Source: Chara braunii (taxonomy: Eukaryota > Plantae > Charophyceae). Taken from it: 60,453 bases of DNA. A program made the translations under genes and the position numbers. Positions within the stretch are counted from its first letter, which is position 1; the number at the start of each line of letters is the position of its first letter. Shown here piece by piece: positions 35,401-47,180 of the stretch. The DNA lies in the NCBI GenBank assembly GCA_003427395.1, contig BFEA01000016.1, positions 2,002,173 to 2,062,625 of the forward strand, in the 5' to 3' direction. A model generated the notes under the pieces. The model did not search any database. It had not been told where the DNA came from and worked only from the letters and a program-made list of their open reading frames with translations.

Positions 35401-37265
35401 CGCGTCTGCACCGGCCAAACAAGTTGGCCAAGGGCGAAGAGATTATACCGTGGAACGAGTCGGAACCAACCGTCGAACCCTTGTATGGACATGTGGCCAT
35501 CCTCCCTCAAACTTCTACGAAGTAATCAGCAGACACAATGACGATGGGGCACGAAGTTAATTATGAAGGACATCTCTTTCCCCTCTCGTCTTCGTCCTTT
35601 TTTTTTCTACCTGACACATTTTGTTATTTTTGTGAGGCGATCTCACGTGTCTACTCGGTCCCTATGCGTCCTAGCGGGGAGGGATATGTCGAGTGGGTAG
35701 ATTGCCAACAGTGCGTCTCCCGAGCCCTTGGCTCCTGCATTCAGTTTAGGAATGCCGACAAGGCCTCGTTATGCCCTTTGTGTCGAACGAACAAAATTCC
35801 GACCGAAGTTCGTTTCCTTGAAGCCACGTCAGAAGGATTGGAAAAGACCCGTAGGTTTAGAAGGGCCGAAGTATGGACCCATGTCGTTTTAATAGCCACA
35901 TTGGTAGGGAACTCCCTCCGAGATTTCACAAGGGAGGATCGAAGGAGGGCTAATGAGAGGGCGCGGGGTTATCGATGGAATGAGGGACGATTGGAGAAAC
36001 GGAAGACAAACGGTAGTGGGATCTGGATATCCGTGCTGCATCCATTCATGAGGTATGATTGGGTAAAGTCGGCACACGAGGAAATTGCGGCCCATTTCGC
36101 CGTCCGAATCACGGAGGCGGCGATTGATAAAAATAAGTGGTATTGGTCCAACATTCGCGACGATGTTAAGTTCATCGTCCAAAATTGTCAGGTCTGCGTC
36201 GCTGACAAGGCGCCAATTCAGCCCCCTAGGTCGATAGTGCCTACCATAGTCGAACGACCATTCCAGAGGGTTAGTATGGATACCACCAATATTGTCGTAC
36301 CCCCTGGACCGAATAGCTGTGAATATTCAACTCTGTTGGTATTCGTGGATCACTTTTTGAAATGGATCGAGGCGTATCCATGCAAGACGCGACAGGCGGC
36401 CGAAATCACGCGATACATTAACCGTTTTCTCGGGATGTACCAAGACACAGAGGAAATCCTAACGGACAATGGGGCATAACTTAGAGGGGAAGTCTTGAGG
36501 AATCTAGTCTTATACGGTGTCTCTATCCGCAATACTGCTCCCCACATGTCGCAATCTAACGGACTGGTGGAAAACGCCAATCGAGTGATTAAGACCGCTT
36601 TGTAGCGCAATATCGTGGCGAATGACACGAGGCCTTCAAGTTGGTCCGACATCGTGGACCATATCATGGCTATCCACCGGGGGACACCCCACGAATCCAC
36701 GGGTCTGACCCCCTTCCAACTACGGACCAATATCCTACCCTGTGTAGCCCTACCGAGCCTAAATGATGAAACGACCCTTCCGCGACGGACCACTAGGGCG
36801 ACGGTTAAGGATAAGGCCCAACGCCACCTAGAACTGATGGAAAAGGTCCTCCCCCGATTGGCCCGAAAAAGACAACGAATGACGAAAATCGCCCATGGGA
36901 GACAGGTCAGGAGCTACGAGGCCCGGAATGGGAACACTGGGCCTCGACCCCAATATACATTAGGGGAAATCGTGCAGGTGAGGAAATGTGCTCACCAGGG
37001 CAAGATAGCGCCACGATTCTTCGGGCGATTTCGCGTGGTCGAGCTCGGTCCAAGCGGGGTGAACACGGTGCGGCTTGCGTCGGAGGTGTCGGGAAATCGA
37101 TCGGCTCGTCCGATCATTCGACACGTGTCCTACCTTCATCCTCTCCCCTCTTCCCCTTCTCCTCCATCATCTGCATTGTCCCTCAGTCAAGAAGAAGAAG
37201 ACGACGATCTAGAATCCTCTTTTCTCTCTCAACCATCGTCTTCGACTCCGCCTCCATCGCCATGA
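32471..37265 (+). pseudogene. Ty3/gypsy pol region: protease, RT, RNase H, integrase (stops and frameshifts)
   Basis: Protease AILDSGA. RT CIDYRKLN, YPLPRIDDLL, PMGICNA, YMDD. RNase H ITDWQ, TDH, NADGL. Integrase HHCC (AHEEIAAH...CQVC), TDNG, SNGLVE. RT-RH-IN order indicates gypsy. Confidence 0.95.
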
Positions 37266-38784
37266 GTTTTTCGACGGAGCAGGTGATCAATGAGCGTTTG
37301 ATGACCCCAAGGGCGCGTATAGCGACAATCCGTCAGGTGCAGTGACCTCGGTTGAGTCCCAATCTTCCTCGATTCGCAGCCTTCTTCAGCACAACAACCA
37401 TCCACGCAGCAGCAGAGTTCCGCTTCGTACACGTAGGGGCGACGCGTGTACTGGTCGAGATTTCGGCTTTCCAGCAACGGTCCTCGCCCGGTATTAGCCA
37501 CATATCCGTCATTGTCACTTTCACGGGTGATATCACGGCGGTACACTCGACGATTCATGCGGACATCTATCGGCAGTTGCGGGGTTGGGCCGTGGAGATC
37601 ACGGCCACGTGGATCGAGTTGTTGGCTCGACCGGGGGAAAGGATCGTAACCTCGAACGATATAGATCTCCGATTCCGCACCTCCAGCAGCACGCCGGAGA
37701 TCCTTTACCCGGAGCTCCTTCCCTTTGCGCAGCCCCAATGGACTGTCATCGTCTCGCCCTCTTCAACCTTCTGTCTGATCTCCGCAGCTTCTGGAAATTT
37801 GCTATCGATCACGCCCTCTCTTTCTGGATCTGGGAGCTCAGTGTACCGATCTTGGATGAAGACAAGTGGAACGAGTGGTGGGACGCTTACGTGGAACTCG
37901 GCTTCTGTTTGGTGGGGGTGGTGTTTCACTGGGCAAAGCCGGCCCCAGATGCTGAAGGGGTTGAGGTTCAGGACGACGAGGTGGAACTGTTGATTGCGCA
38001 GGCTTGGGGGACGGATACGGAGGGGGAATTGCTAAGGATATTATTCGGCAAGGTGGAAGAAGGCCATCACGATGCAATCACGCATGAGTTGTTGGTGTTT
38101 TTAGTGCAGCTGGTGGACGATTTACCCCTCGACATCCTGTCGAGGTGTGACGAGAAGCTGGAGACGGACGTGCTCACTCGCACGCTTGCGCCGCATCTGT
38201 TGTGGTCCACGTGTACGGAGTTGGACGGGGATAACTGCTTTTACCCGTCCCCGAGCCTCTATCTCGAAATCGACGTCGCCGATCTCACACTGTGGGACCG
38301 TTTTATCCGGCGAGGAAACGCGCAAGGAGTCGGTGATGGAGATGACAAAGAAGAAGAAGAGGCAGAGGAGGAAGAGTCGGGCACCGATCGGGACGATCCC
38401 GAATACATATGCTCAGAGGAAGAAGAAGAGGCGACGGGAGAGGGAAGTGGATCGGGAGAGCCGAGTGGCCGTCCCAGGCGAAGCAAAGAGGAGGAAGAAG
38501 CCGAAGCTCAAAGGAGGCGGGAAAAAGCGAAGGGCAAGCGGCCAGTCGAAAAATCCGAAAGGCCGCCACCACATCCACTGCTAGACGATCCATCGCTAAA
38601 TCCGGAGCCACCGCACGAAGAGTCCGAAGGAAATGGAGCCGCGGCAGAGGGATCAGGGAGCCGACGCCGCCGAAGGAGCGAATCATCGGCTCCGCCTTCT
38701 CCGCCATCCAGAGCCACTCTTCACCTTCGTCGAAATGCGGGCAATCGGGCTTTGTCCCTGGTCGTTATCCCGTCGTCCCCGTGA
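37262..38784 (+). pseudogene. Extra ORF downstream of pol; unknown protein with an acidic C-terminal tail
   Basis: ATG at 37262 overlaps the pol stop (ATGA). The frame continues into ORF 37352 past one stop, then appears to shift into ORF 37585-38784 (Trp/Leu-rich core, Glu-rich tail). Confidence 0.65.
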
Positions 38785-39420
38785 CTTCCTCACTCCTCAC
38801 CAACTCCTGGGTCGACCCTCTTTCCCTAATGGATGGTGCCCTTTCCCGCCCCCTCTCTTCCTGTACTCCACCCACCTTCTCGTCACCATCGTCCCGCATG
38901 CTACCACCCGCTCCTTTGTCGCCTCCTTTCCTCTCCATGTCCTTCTTTTAAGTATGACCTGGCGAGAATTTAATAATATAGAAATCTACTGCATCATCTC
39001 GGGCACAATCCCCGCCTGCGAGAATTACGAGAGCTTCCATGCTGCCATCCCTCGCACCCTCTCTACCCTTTACCCGACTATCTCGCCTCTCTCCCTAAAC
39101 AATGGGAACACCCCCGATTCCCTCGTATCCACCGCACCATCCACTACACCCGAATCCCCACCAGGGATAGAGAAATCCGTCGCTTCATACCTCCCCTCCC
39201 CCAAGTCCATCCACCACCTTCTCCGCCCGTTATCAGATTGCCCTGCCCCGAGAACGTTTAGGATAGAGCCCACGAATGTCACATGGAATGACTTCCACAC
39301 TCTTATCTTACGGTAAGTGGCACGTGTGAGCTCCGCGTCGATCCTCGGGTTATAGATCGACGCATAGTGAGTGAGCAAGCGGGAGCTTGCTCAAGATTAG
39401 AACCGCCTGGGCGTCACATA

Positions 39421-40490
39421 TGTGACAAACCATTTTCTGTAATCACGCGACTTTTTGCGCGAAGCTGCTTTGGGGGAACGGGACGGGGTACGTGGGGATG
39501 GGTCGGCCGGGCAAGTTGCATGGATGCCCTCGCTTCTTTTTCATTTTCTTTTTACGATTTTGTTGGGCCAGTATCGGAAAAAGTCCCGCGTAGACAGTTT
39601 GGAGACCACGCCTTAGCGAGAGCGATAAATAATTCTTGCCATAGCTTCCTTCTTGTTCTGCTGGGGCTAAGGGAAACGAGAATTTTGGCGCGACGAACGC
39701 ACGGGAATGCCGTCTTCTTTTTCAAAATTTTCTTTCAACTGATGACGAGCCCCTGTGGGCTCTTGGAATCGTTGATTTCCTTTTTTCTTTTCGTAACTTT
39801 TTGCTTCGTCAGAATTTTCTCTGCAATTTGGATTTAGTTAGAAATTAAGGAACCTTGAAATTTTACGGCGCTACGCTTCTTGATTAGCGCGCACCTTGTC
39901 GGGGCGGGAGGAGAGCTTTGACTAAGTTGCGCCCTTAATCTTGCGTGTAACTGTATCTTTTGGCGGGCGCAACTGTAAGTGTATCTCTCTCTTTTTTACT
40001 CTCTCGCCTTTCTTCCGGCCTTCTTCCTTCTTGCTGAGCATGCATCTTTCCCCCGTTCTGATAGGCCGAAGTGTTGCATGCCCAGATCGATGCATGGAGA
40101 GTGGCTACGACTCCCACGCCGCGGCCTGGCCATGTAGGGCGTAGGCACTTCTCTTCTCTCCTCCTTCCTTCTGTCTGGGGTATGATCCCGGGTTCCTCGC
40201 GCGAGCACACAAGCTATAAATTTCGCAAGCACGAATAATTCGCTCTCTCTAGATTTGGAAGGTTAGCGCGGTCAGTGAGGATCGGCTAACGAGCAAGTTG
40301 GAAGGTGAGTAGAAGTGAGTCGGGCGATCCGACGGGCTGGTGCCAAGTAAGCGGGGTTGACGTGTGGGCCACGACGGACTGTGGCGCACTGGCGAACCTG
40401 GCATGCGTGCTTGGACTAAGCGGGGTGACGACTCAGTGCTGGTGCGAGACGACGGACTGTCCGCATCGGAGGAGACGGGGTGCAAAGAGA

Positions 40491-40577
<87 letters not shown>

Positions 40578-40647
40578 NNNNNNNNNNNNNNNNNNNNNNN
40601 NNNNNNNNNNNNNNNNNNNNNNNNNNNNNNNNNNNNNNNNNNNNNNN

Positions 40648-40701
<54 letters not shown>

Positions 40702-40859
40702 CAGACGAGTGTCGGATCGTGACCTTTCTTTTCTTTTCCTTGTATAAGATTTTGGTCTCAGGCGGAAGCCATCTTTCTTATCTCTGATTTTGTACAGCGC
40801 TCGTGCACGGTTGAGGAGCCGTATCTGCTGCGTGAAGGTTAATAAGCAGATTCGTCACA
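39421..40859 (+). mobile_element. Gypsy LTR, short variant (3' LTR position) with internal (GA)n and a gap
   Basis: TGTGAC...GTCACA termini, TATAAA at 40215, alignable with 48143-49320. Lacks the LTR-internal ORF segment. Confidence 0.8.
40215..40220 (+). promoter_or_regulatory. LTR TATA box (homologs at 48912-48917 plus strand and 19463-19468 minus strand)
   Basis: CTATAAA at the equivalent position in three diverged LTR copies. Confidence 0.6.
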
Positions 40860-41199
40860 ACACTGCCACATTAGCAAAGGAAATGAGGGAGGTGACATCA
40901 CAGGGATATGGACGTTGAGCGTTGCTACTCTACAAGGGGGATGGTGGCGTCTCTAGTTGACAGAGTGGAGGGAGAGGCGATGGTCTTCTGTTCTATTTCG
41001 TGCTGATCCCCTGGCATCGCACGCTGGCGCAAGTAGAGAGGGGGGGTTGCTGCTTCTTCTTCGTGGCGCGAACCTTCAGGCGTTGGTAACCTTAGTGTGA
41101 ATGAGGATACTTTGCTTCATGGGGTGGGACGTTCTCTTCGACTTTGGTCAGCTTTCAATTTCGTGTCCTAGTGGATTTGTCGTCGACCTTCACTCGTAC

Positions 41200-41871
41200 T
41201 GTGTTGCCAACGGAGGTAATCTTCATCATCATCATCATCGAAATTTTCATAATGTGGGGATAACGGCGGTAATTTTCGTCATCAGTATCATCGTCATCTT
41301 CATCGTCTGACGTATCAAGGGTCGTCTCTCCTTTACACTTGGTGTCTTTCTACTTGGTTCTCTTCTGCTTCATCTTCTTCTCTTCCTTTTGGGGTGATAA
41401 TGGGCAGAAGTGGAGGAGGGAAGGGTATGGGAGTGGCTGGGTTATGTAGGAGGAATGCACAAATCTGTTTTTCAAAAATACTCTTACTGTGACTCTCATC
41501 AATTTTATTCATGGTTACCAACCGGACGTCTGGACCCCGATCCAGACAGTCCAGTGTCCGATATCCGGTTAGGAGGGTCCGGTTGGACCCCAAAATCAAA
41601 AAATTCAAAAAAAAAAAATTGGGGTCCCAGGCCGTTCACCTCGGCCTGGGGCACCCCGGAAAATTGTTGTGTTGGTTTTTCTCGATCGGGTACCCCAACC
41701 GGACAGGCCTGAAAGGGCCTACGAGTGAAATTTGAAAGTATTCTGATAGTAGCAGCCCCGCTGGCGGGAGGACACGAATTCTAACTTGGAGGTTGCCGTG
41801 GAGGTTTGCGTTGTCGCCGAAGTCCTCGCCCGCAGCAGTGTCGTCGCCGTCTTGCCGTGGAGGTTGCCGTG

Positions 41872-41905
<34 letters not shown>

Positions 41906-41936
41906 CCTTTTTCTTTTCTTTATTTTCTCATTCGTA

Positions 41937-42014
<78 letters not shown>

Positions 42015-44118
42015 TTTCCGTTCGTAAGTTGTGTGTGTATGTTTGTGTCATGTGTGGGATGCTTGGGGGTTGGAGCAGGTGTGGAACTGACACTTGGGGG
42101 CTGGAGCGGGTGTGGAACTTCGTTGTGTCTGTGTGTTTGTGTCATGTGTGCCGGTTCAAGATTCCAAGTTTCAAACTTCGAGGTTCGGAGAACTCGGGGT
42201 GTTAGTAAACTTAACATTTCCAGTATGATTAATGCTGAAGTCGTTAGCACGTACGACCAGTCCCATAAACCTGTATGTGTCAGTGTTTGTTTTTTTTTTT
42301 NNNNNNNNNNNNNNNNNNNNNNNNNNNNNNNNNNNNNNNNNNNNNNNNNNNNNNNNNNNNNNNNNNNNNNNNNNNNNNNNNNNNNNNNNNNNNNNNNNNN
42401 NNNNNNNNNNNNNNNNNNNNNNNNNNNNNNNNNNNNNNNNNNNNNNNNNNNNNNNNNNNNNNNNNNNNNNNNNNNNNNNNNNNNNNNNNNNNNNNNNNNN
42501 NNNNNNNNNNNNNNNNNNNNNNNNNNNNNNNNNNNNNNNNNNNNNNNNNNNNNNNNNNNNNNNNNNNNNNNNNNNNNNNNNNNNNNNNNNNNNNNNNNNN
42601 NNNNNNNNNNNNNNNNNNNNNNNNNNNNNNNNNNNNNNNNTTTTTTTTTTTTCAATCTGGACAACCGGATATCGACACATCAAACCGGACTGTCTGGGTC
42701 CGGATGTCCGGATGTCCGGTTTGATGTCCGGTTAACCGGACGTCCGGTTCGATCCAGACACGGATCTGGTGTCCGTGTCCGGTTGTCCGGTTGTCCGGGT
42801 CCGGAACAACCATGATTTTACTCCTATTTAATTCTCTTCTTTTGTTTTATTCTTAATCACTTATATGTCTGAACTATATTCTCAAATGTTATCGAAATTA
42901 TCGTAATTATCATCTCTAATTAAAATCCCAACTAAAATCCTGATAATTTCCCAAATTTTGCCTGATCATCCGTACCTTAAATGTTGGCTCTTCACGATAG
43001 ACCAATCTGAATGTTATTTTTAATACCTAAAAATCTCTAGTTAATCAATTTCTAATTCATTAGTCCTTCATCTTTTTAATCTGAGTTCAGGCGTTTCACG
43101 CCTGATGCTGTCGTGGAACTCCACAACATTTCCCATGATTGTATTTTTATTTGTAATTGTTATTTTAAAAAATCCGGTATTTATATCTCTCGTGCAATCA
43201 GTTCAACCAGTAATTCTGGTGTTCTCCTGTTAGTCTTTTGAATTATTTTCCAAAAATGGGTAGGTTGGTTGGAGGGGGAGGTGAGCTTTGCTCTGCAGGG
43301 GTTGCACAAGGTGGGTAGTGAGGCCCTGAAGGGGGTATCAGCATATTTGTGAGGAATACTCTATTCTGGGGTTGATGGGAGATTTCAAACCTCAGCGGGG
43401 GCAGATTAGGGTAAGGGGTAAGCAGAGGCATACTTTGGGTGGGATTTGAATGCCTCTGGGGGTTGCTGGGGAGGGTGTGGGACTGTTCTTAGCTGGGGCC
43501 GATAAGGAAGGCTTGTAATTAGGATATTCTTTTTTCGGCGGAGGTAGCGACGGGACAGGGGGAAAGATGGTGGGTAGGGGGGGGGTTTCCATGTTCATTT
43601 ATGATATTCACGAAAAAATAAAAGTAAAAAATCAATCATGTTATATCCAGCTTTCTGTGTTCTGTAATTCTTGGCAGCATTTGGCCTTCCTCCTCAGTCG
43701 GGATAGGATTTCGGAGATGGTCGAATCCAGGCTGCTATCTACATAGTTGTTTTGTTCTGTGCCCCTGGTATGCCGATGCCAAAACGACGCTGGCCGGAGT
43801 TGGGGCGTTGCCCGGTAACCTGCAAATGGTAGGAATGTGAGGCCTTGTCGAGAGATCTGGGGATTAGTCGAGGGAGGAAGACAATCCAGTGGCAAACTGG
43901 GGGGTGCTGCTATGACAACCTATGGGTCCAGGATTAGTCTAGGTGGCGAGAACAGGCTAGCTATGGTTGATGTTGGCTAGGATGGCATTGCCTCTGAGAT
44001 GTAATGTACTGGTTTAGGGAGGGCTAGGGGTTGTTCTAGGATTAGAAGGCCAGATTTGCTGATATAGCATAATCTTCCAGATTTGTTTTACATACTAATC
44101 GTCATCATCTTTAGCATC

Positions 44119-44153
<35 letters not shown>

Positions 44154-44848
44154 ATCCATATCTACTGACGTCAATCATTATCATCAGCACCCTCATCAGA
44201 TATTTCATCTCTTGGGGATTCAACTAGATCAAATCCTTTATTTTTAGGTATTATTATCAATTTTGTTGATTGTCTGATTGAGTTGTGAATGTGCACTTGC
44301 CTAGGTCGAGTTGATGCCAGAACGACGTTGACCGGTGTTGGGGCATCGCCCTGTAATCTAAACTACTAGTAGGAGCTTGAGGTCTTGTAGAGAGATCAGG
44401 GGATTGTTGAGGGAGGAAGCCTCAGGAAGGCAGTCCACTAATTTGACCGGCGATAACAATCCTGTCGACGATGGTCGGAGCTGGGGCGGGTAGCGCTGCC
44501 CTGTAACTTAGCTAAATAGAGGGTGTGAGACTGGGTAGAGCTGGGATTGATACACATCACAACATCAGATGAAAATTGCTGGAATTGGTAGAAATACCTG
44601 GAATTAGGATAGGGTCCCATGTTGTAGTTCTGAGTAGAGAACATTCTGATTAGCCTTCCTGCTCACTCTTCCTTATTGGCTAGTACTTAGAGTGTGACTG
44701 CTCAAATCATGATTCTGATTAGCAGAAAATCATCTGTTTTAGCATCATCATCCTCATCCTCATCATCATATGTTGGTTACTCCGGGTAGACTGTGAGGAC
44801 CCCGGCCTCAATGTTCTCAAATATCAATAAAAGCCTTGGGCACTGAAG

Positions 44849-44878
<30 letters not shown>
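41200..44878 (+). mobile_element. Second member of the (CAT)n-rich family, interrupted by a hAT element
   Basis: 43240-44080 aligns with 24540-25750. Repeated unit at 43775 and 44313. A-runs at 44122 and 44848. Boundaries approximate. Confidence 0.55.
41510..42814. mobile_element. hAT-type non-autonomous DNA element, same family as 9074
   Basis: TIR CATGGTT...AACCATG, 8-bp TSD ATTTTATT/ATTTTACT, CCGGAC subterminal repeats, internal (CT)n and a gap. Confidence 0.85.
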
Positions 44879-44879
<1 letters not shown>

Positions 44880-45142
44880 GGTAGTGCAGCTTGGTGTGCG
44901 ACTCTATTCTCCCTTCTCCTTCCTTGTTGACGGGTGTGAGTTGAATGTCTCGGTTTGTTGGATGCGTGTGTCAATCTTTGAGAGTTTGTCTGACCAATGG
45001 GGATGTGCGACATTTTGCATGAATGAGTGAGGACCCGATGAATGAATGTTCCGCGATCTCACAAGAAACCTGATCACCGAAGAGTTGCACAGTACTCTGG
45101 AAAAAAGGGGCGGGGGGGGAAGGAATGTGTGAGGCTGGGAAA

Positions 45143-46477
45143 CTAATCAGTCTTTTTGGTTGCTTTGAGTGGATCGTCCAGATGATGAAACCTTCGCAGC
45201 TTTATCGATGCATGAATGGCTGGCTTGCCGAGGGATTGCCTTATGTTATGCCCAGAGGCTGTTTTTCTTTTCGATTTGGTGGTTGCATGACGAACCTTTG
45301 GGGAACTACGGGGGCACCTGAAACGACCCATCAACGGGAAGTGTGATCTCGCGTACCCGTGTGTAAATACGATCACAAAGACGCGACTTCCACGCACGTC
45401 CACGAGACTCGCCACAGGTGCGGCAGGCACTGGGGCAATCCCGATTTGAGCTTGTGCAGGTCGGTGTGGGTAGTCCCAGGCTATGTGGTCCGGTTGGTGA
45501 CACGTGTAACAAACATTCAGGTTGGCCGCCGCTCCGCCCATAGGTTGAGCGGTGGCGATTCCTGGTGGCGCTGACGCGGCCCTGACGGCAATGGGTCACA
45601 TTGATCTCATCAACGATTCTATCCTGGCATTTTGCTCGCGCTGCTCCTTTTTGCTCTCCTGTATCAGACTAAATAAGGTTCTGGTGAACTCCAATATCGC
45701 ATTTGGTTCATTTGACCTGGTTGGGCTTTCGGAAGGGGGAGGAGGGGCTGGAGTAGTCACAACGGGGATAGACATTCATGTGATCGTACTTGGAGTTGAC
45801 CTTTTAGGTACAATTTACTCCAGATAGGTAACAAGTCCAGATATATTCTCGAATTTGTTCTGAAGCGCGGCTAGCTCGGCCTTCGCTCTGGTTAGTTCAG
45901 ACGAGTCCCCCTCTCGGGGATACTCCTCTCCTTCTAGGAAGCTAGCGGCGAACTTTCGTTCCATCTCCTCTGCGGCTGCCATGATCTGTTGCAGTGTATG
46001 GTTAATCGGGGAGAACTGCTTTCACAGCTTCGCCCTCATAGTCCTACTGCAGAGTCCGTCAATGAATATATCTCTCCCTACTTGCTCCTCTCACTCAGTT
46101 TTGACGAACATCCTATAGAACCGGTTACGATATTCGGTAACGGATTCAAGTGGCTTTTGGACTTAGTCTTTGGTCATGAAGAGAGCCTGTTCCGGATGTA
46201 TATAATCAAAATGGTTTAGAAACTCCTGCTCGAAAGTCGGAAGATCTACCCAAACGTAGGTGCTGAACCAGTGATGCACATCCCCTCCTAATCTAGCGGG
46301 AATGTTAATCCGAGCCTCATCATTGTTGTACTGTTGCGCGCGGAGCGTGGCCAACCAAGCCCCAATGAGATGATGTGCGTGATCGAAGAGGTAGAGGTCG
46401 GGCGGGGTCACAGGCGTTCGAGCTTGCGGAGCCGGTACCTGATTGGCCTGATTTGGGGTTTGATGATTGGTGTTCAT
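45143..46477 (-). pseudogene. Gypsy gag (decayed)
   Basis: Begins about 150 nt after the LTR/PBS. Capsid-like LGGDVHHWF...FEQEFLNHF and a degenerate knuckle CYTCHQPDHIAWDYP. Confidence 0.75.
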
Positions 46478-46621
46478 GTTGACCGCCTGCCGGGTGGACG
46501 ATCTACTCCTAGTTACTATAGGATCGCGTCGCGACGCGTTCCGTGGTGTGGGTCGTCCCCTGTTCGCCAGATTGTTCTACACTAGCTACCTTATGTCAGT
46601 CCTACGAGCTTGCCACGTGTC

Positions 46622-46634
46622 AGCTCCGATACAA
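46622..46634 (-). promoter_or_regulatory. PBS-like site
   Basis: TTGTATCGGAGCT matches the canonical initiator-Met PBS TGGTATCAGAGCC at 10 of 13 positions and lies between the LTR and gag. Confidence 0.45.
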
Positions 46635-47099
46635 ACCTCACGCCCAGAACGACTTCCTGATCGGAGTGGGATGGGGGCCCGGAAGTGCGAAAGAGGGGTG
46701 TGCTAAGGATTTTAGGAAATTGTAATGGAGTCCCAGGTCAGAACCGAGATCTCCTGTGGCCAGTTCAAGAGTAATTGAGCAAGATGGTAATCACGAGTTG
46801 CATCGGTAGCTTGGGCTTCGGAACACAAGGCTACCGCTGGTGTGAGTATCAGCGTCGTGGTCGGTCTTGGATCTGATGGACCTTTGGGACGCTATGAGTG
46901 TCGCATTGGCTGGTTAGCCATCGACGTCGCTCGTAGCAGACTTCGGAATCGGACGAGGCTGGTCTCAGTCGGAGACTGTGCGATCGCTGGTCCGCCTTAG
47001 TTCAAGTCCGGTGGACGAATCCCGCTGTGTGGTAAACATGGTATTGCTGGCACTCCGAGCATAAGGTCCGCGGCCAGTAGGGGCCGATCACGCACCAGG
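46634..47099 (-). mobile_element. Right-hand part of a 5' LTR
   Basis: Direct repeat of 31582-32045, containing YWPRTLCSEC. Confidence 0.85.
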
Positions 47100-47180
47100 C
47101 TGTGTATTCACCCGTACAAATACGGCCCGTACAGACGGTCATACGTCCGTACGTACGGGCCCCCTGGTGCGCGTACGGCC
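47098..47180. mobile_element. End of a MITE-like insertion (runs into a gap)
   Basis: LTR homology stops abruptly. GGCTGTGTATTC terminus followed by CCGTAC/GTACGG repeats. Confidence 0.45.

Noticed and set aside
31572-39418. A single TIR-bounded element (TGTGACGCCCA...TGGGCGTCACA)
   Set aside because: No TSD (GGGC vs TATG), and the left part is an LTR end in the opposite orientation. Kept only as part of the LTR-end finding.
39739-39770. CTGATGA followed by a hairpin in the LTR
   Set aside because: No properly placed GAAA or stem III, and absent from the homologous LTR near 48490.
41636-42815. Long ORFs here and at 15708, 40305, 47002-47494 and 49328-50430
   Set aside because: Artefacts of N-gaps and GA/CT microsatellites.
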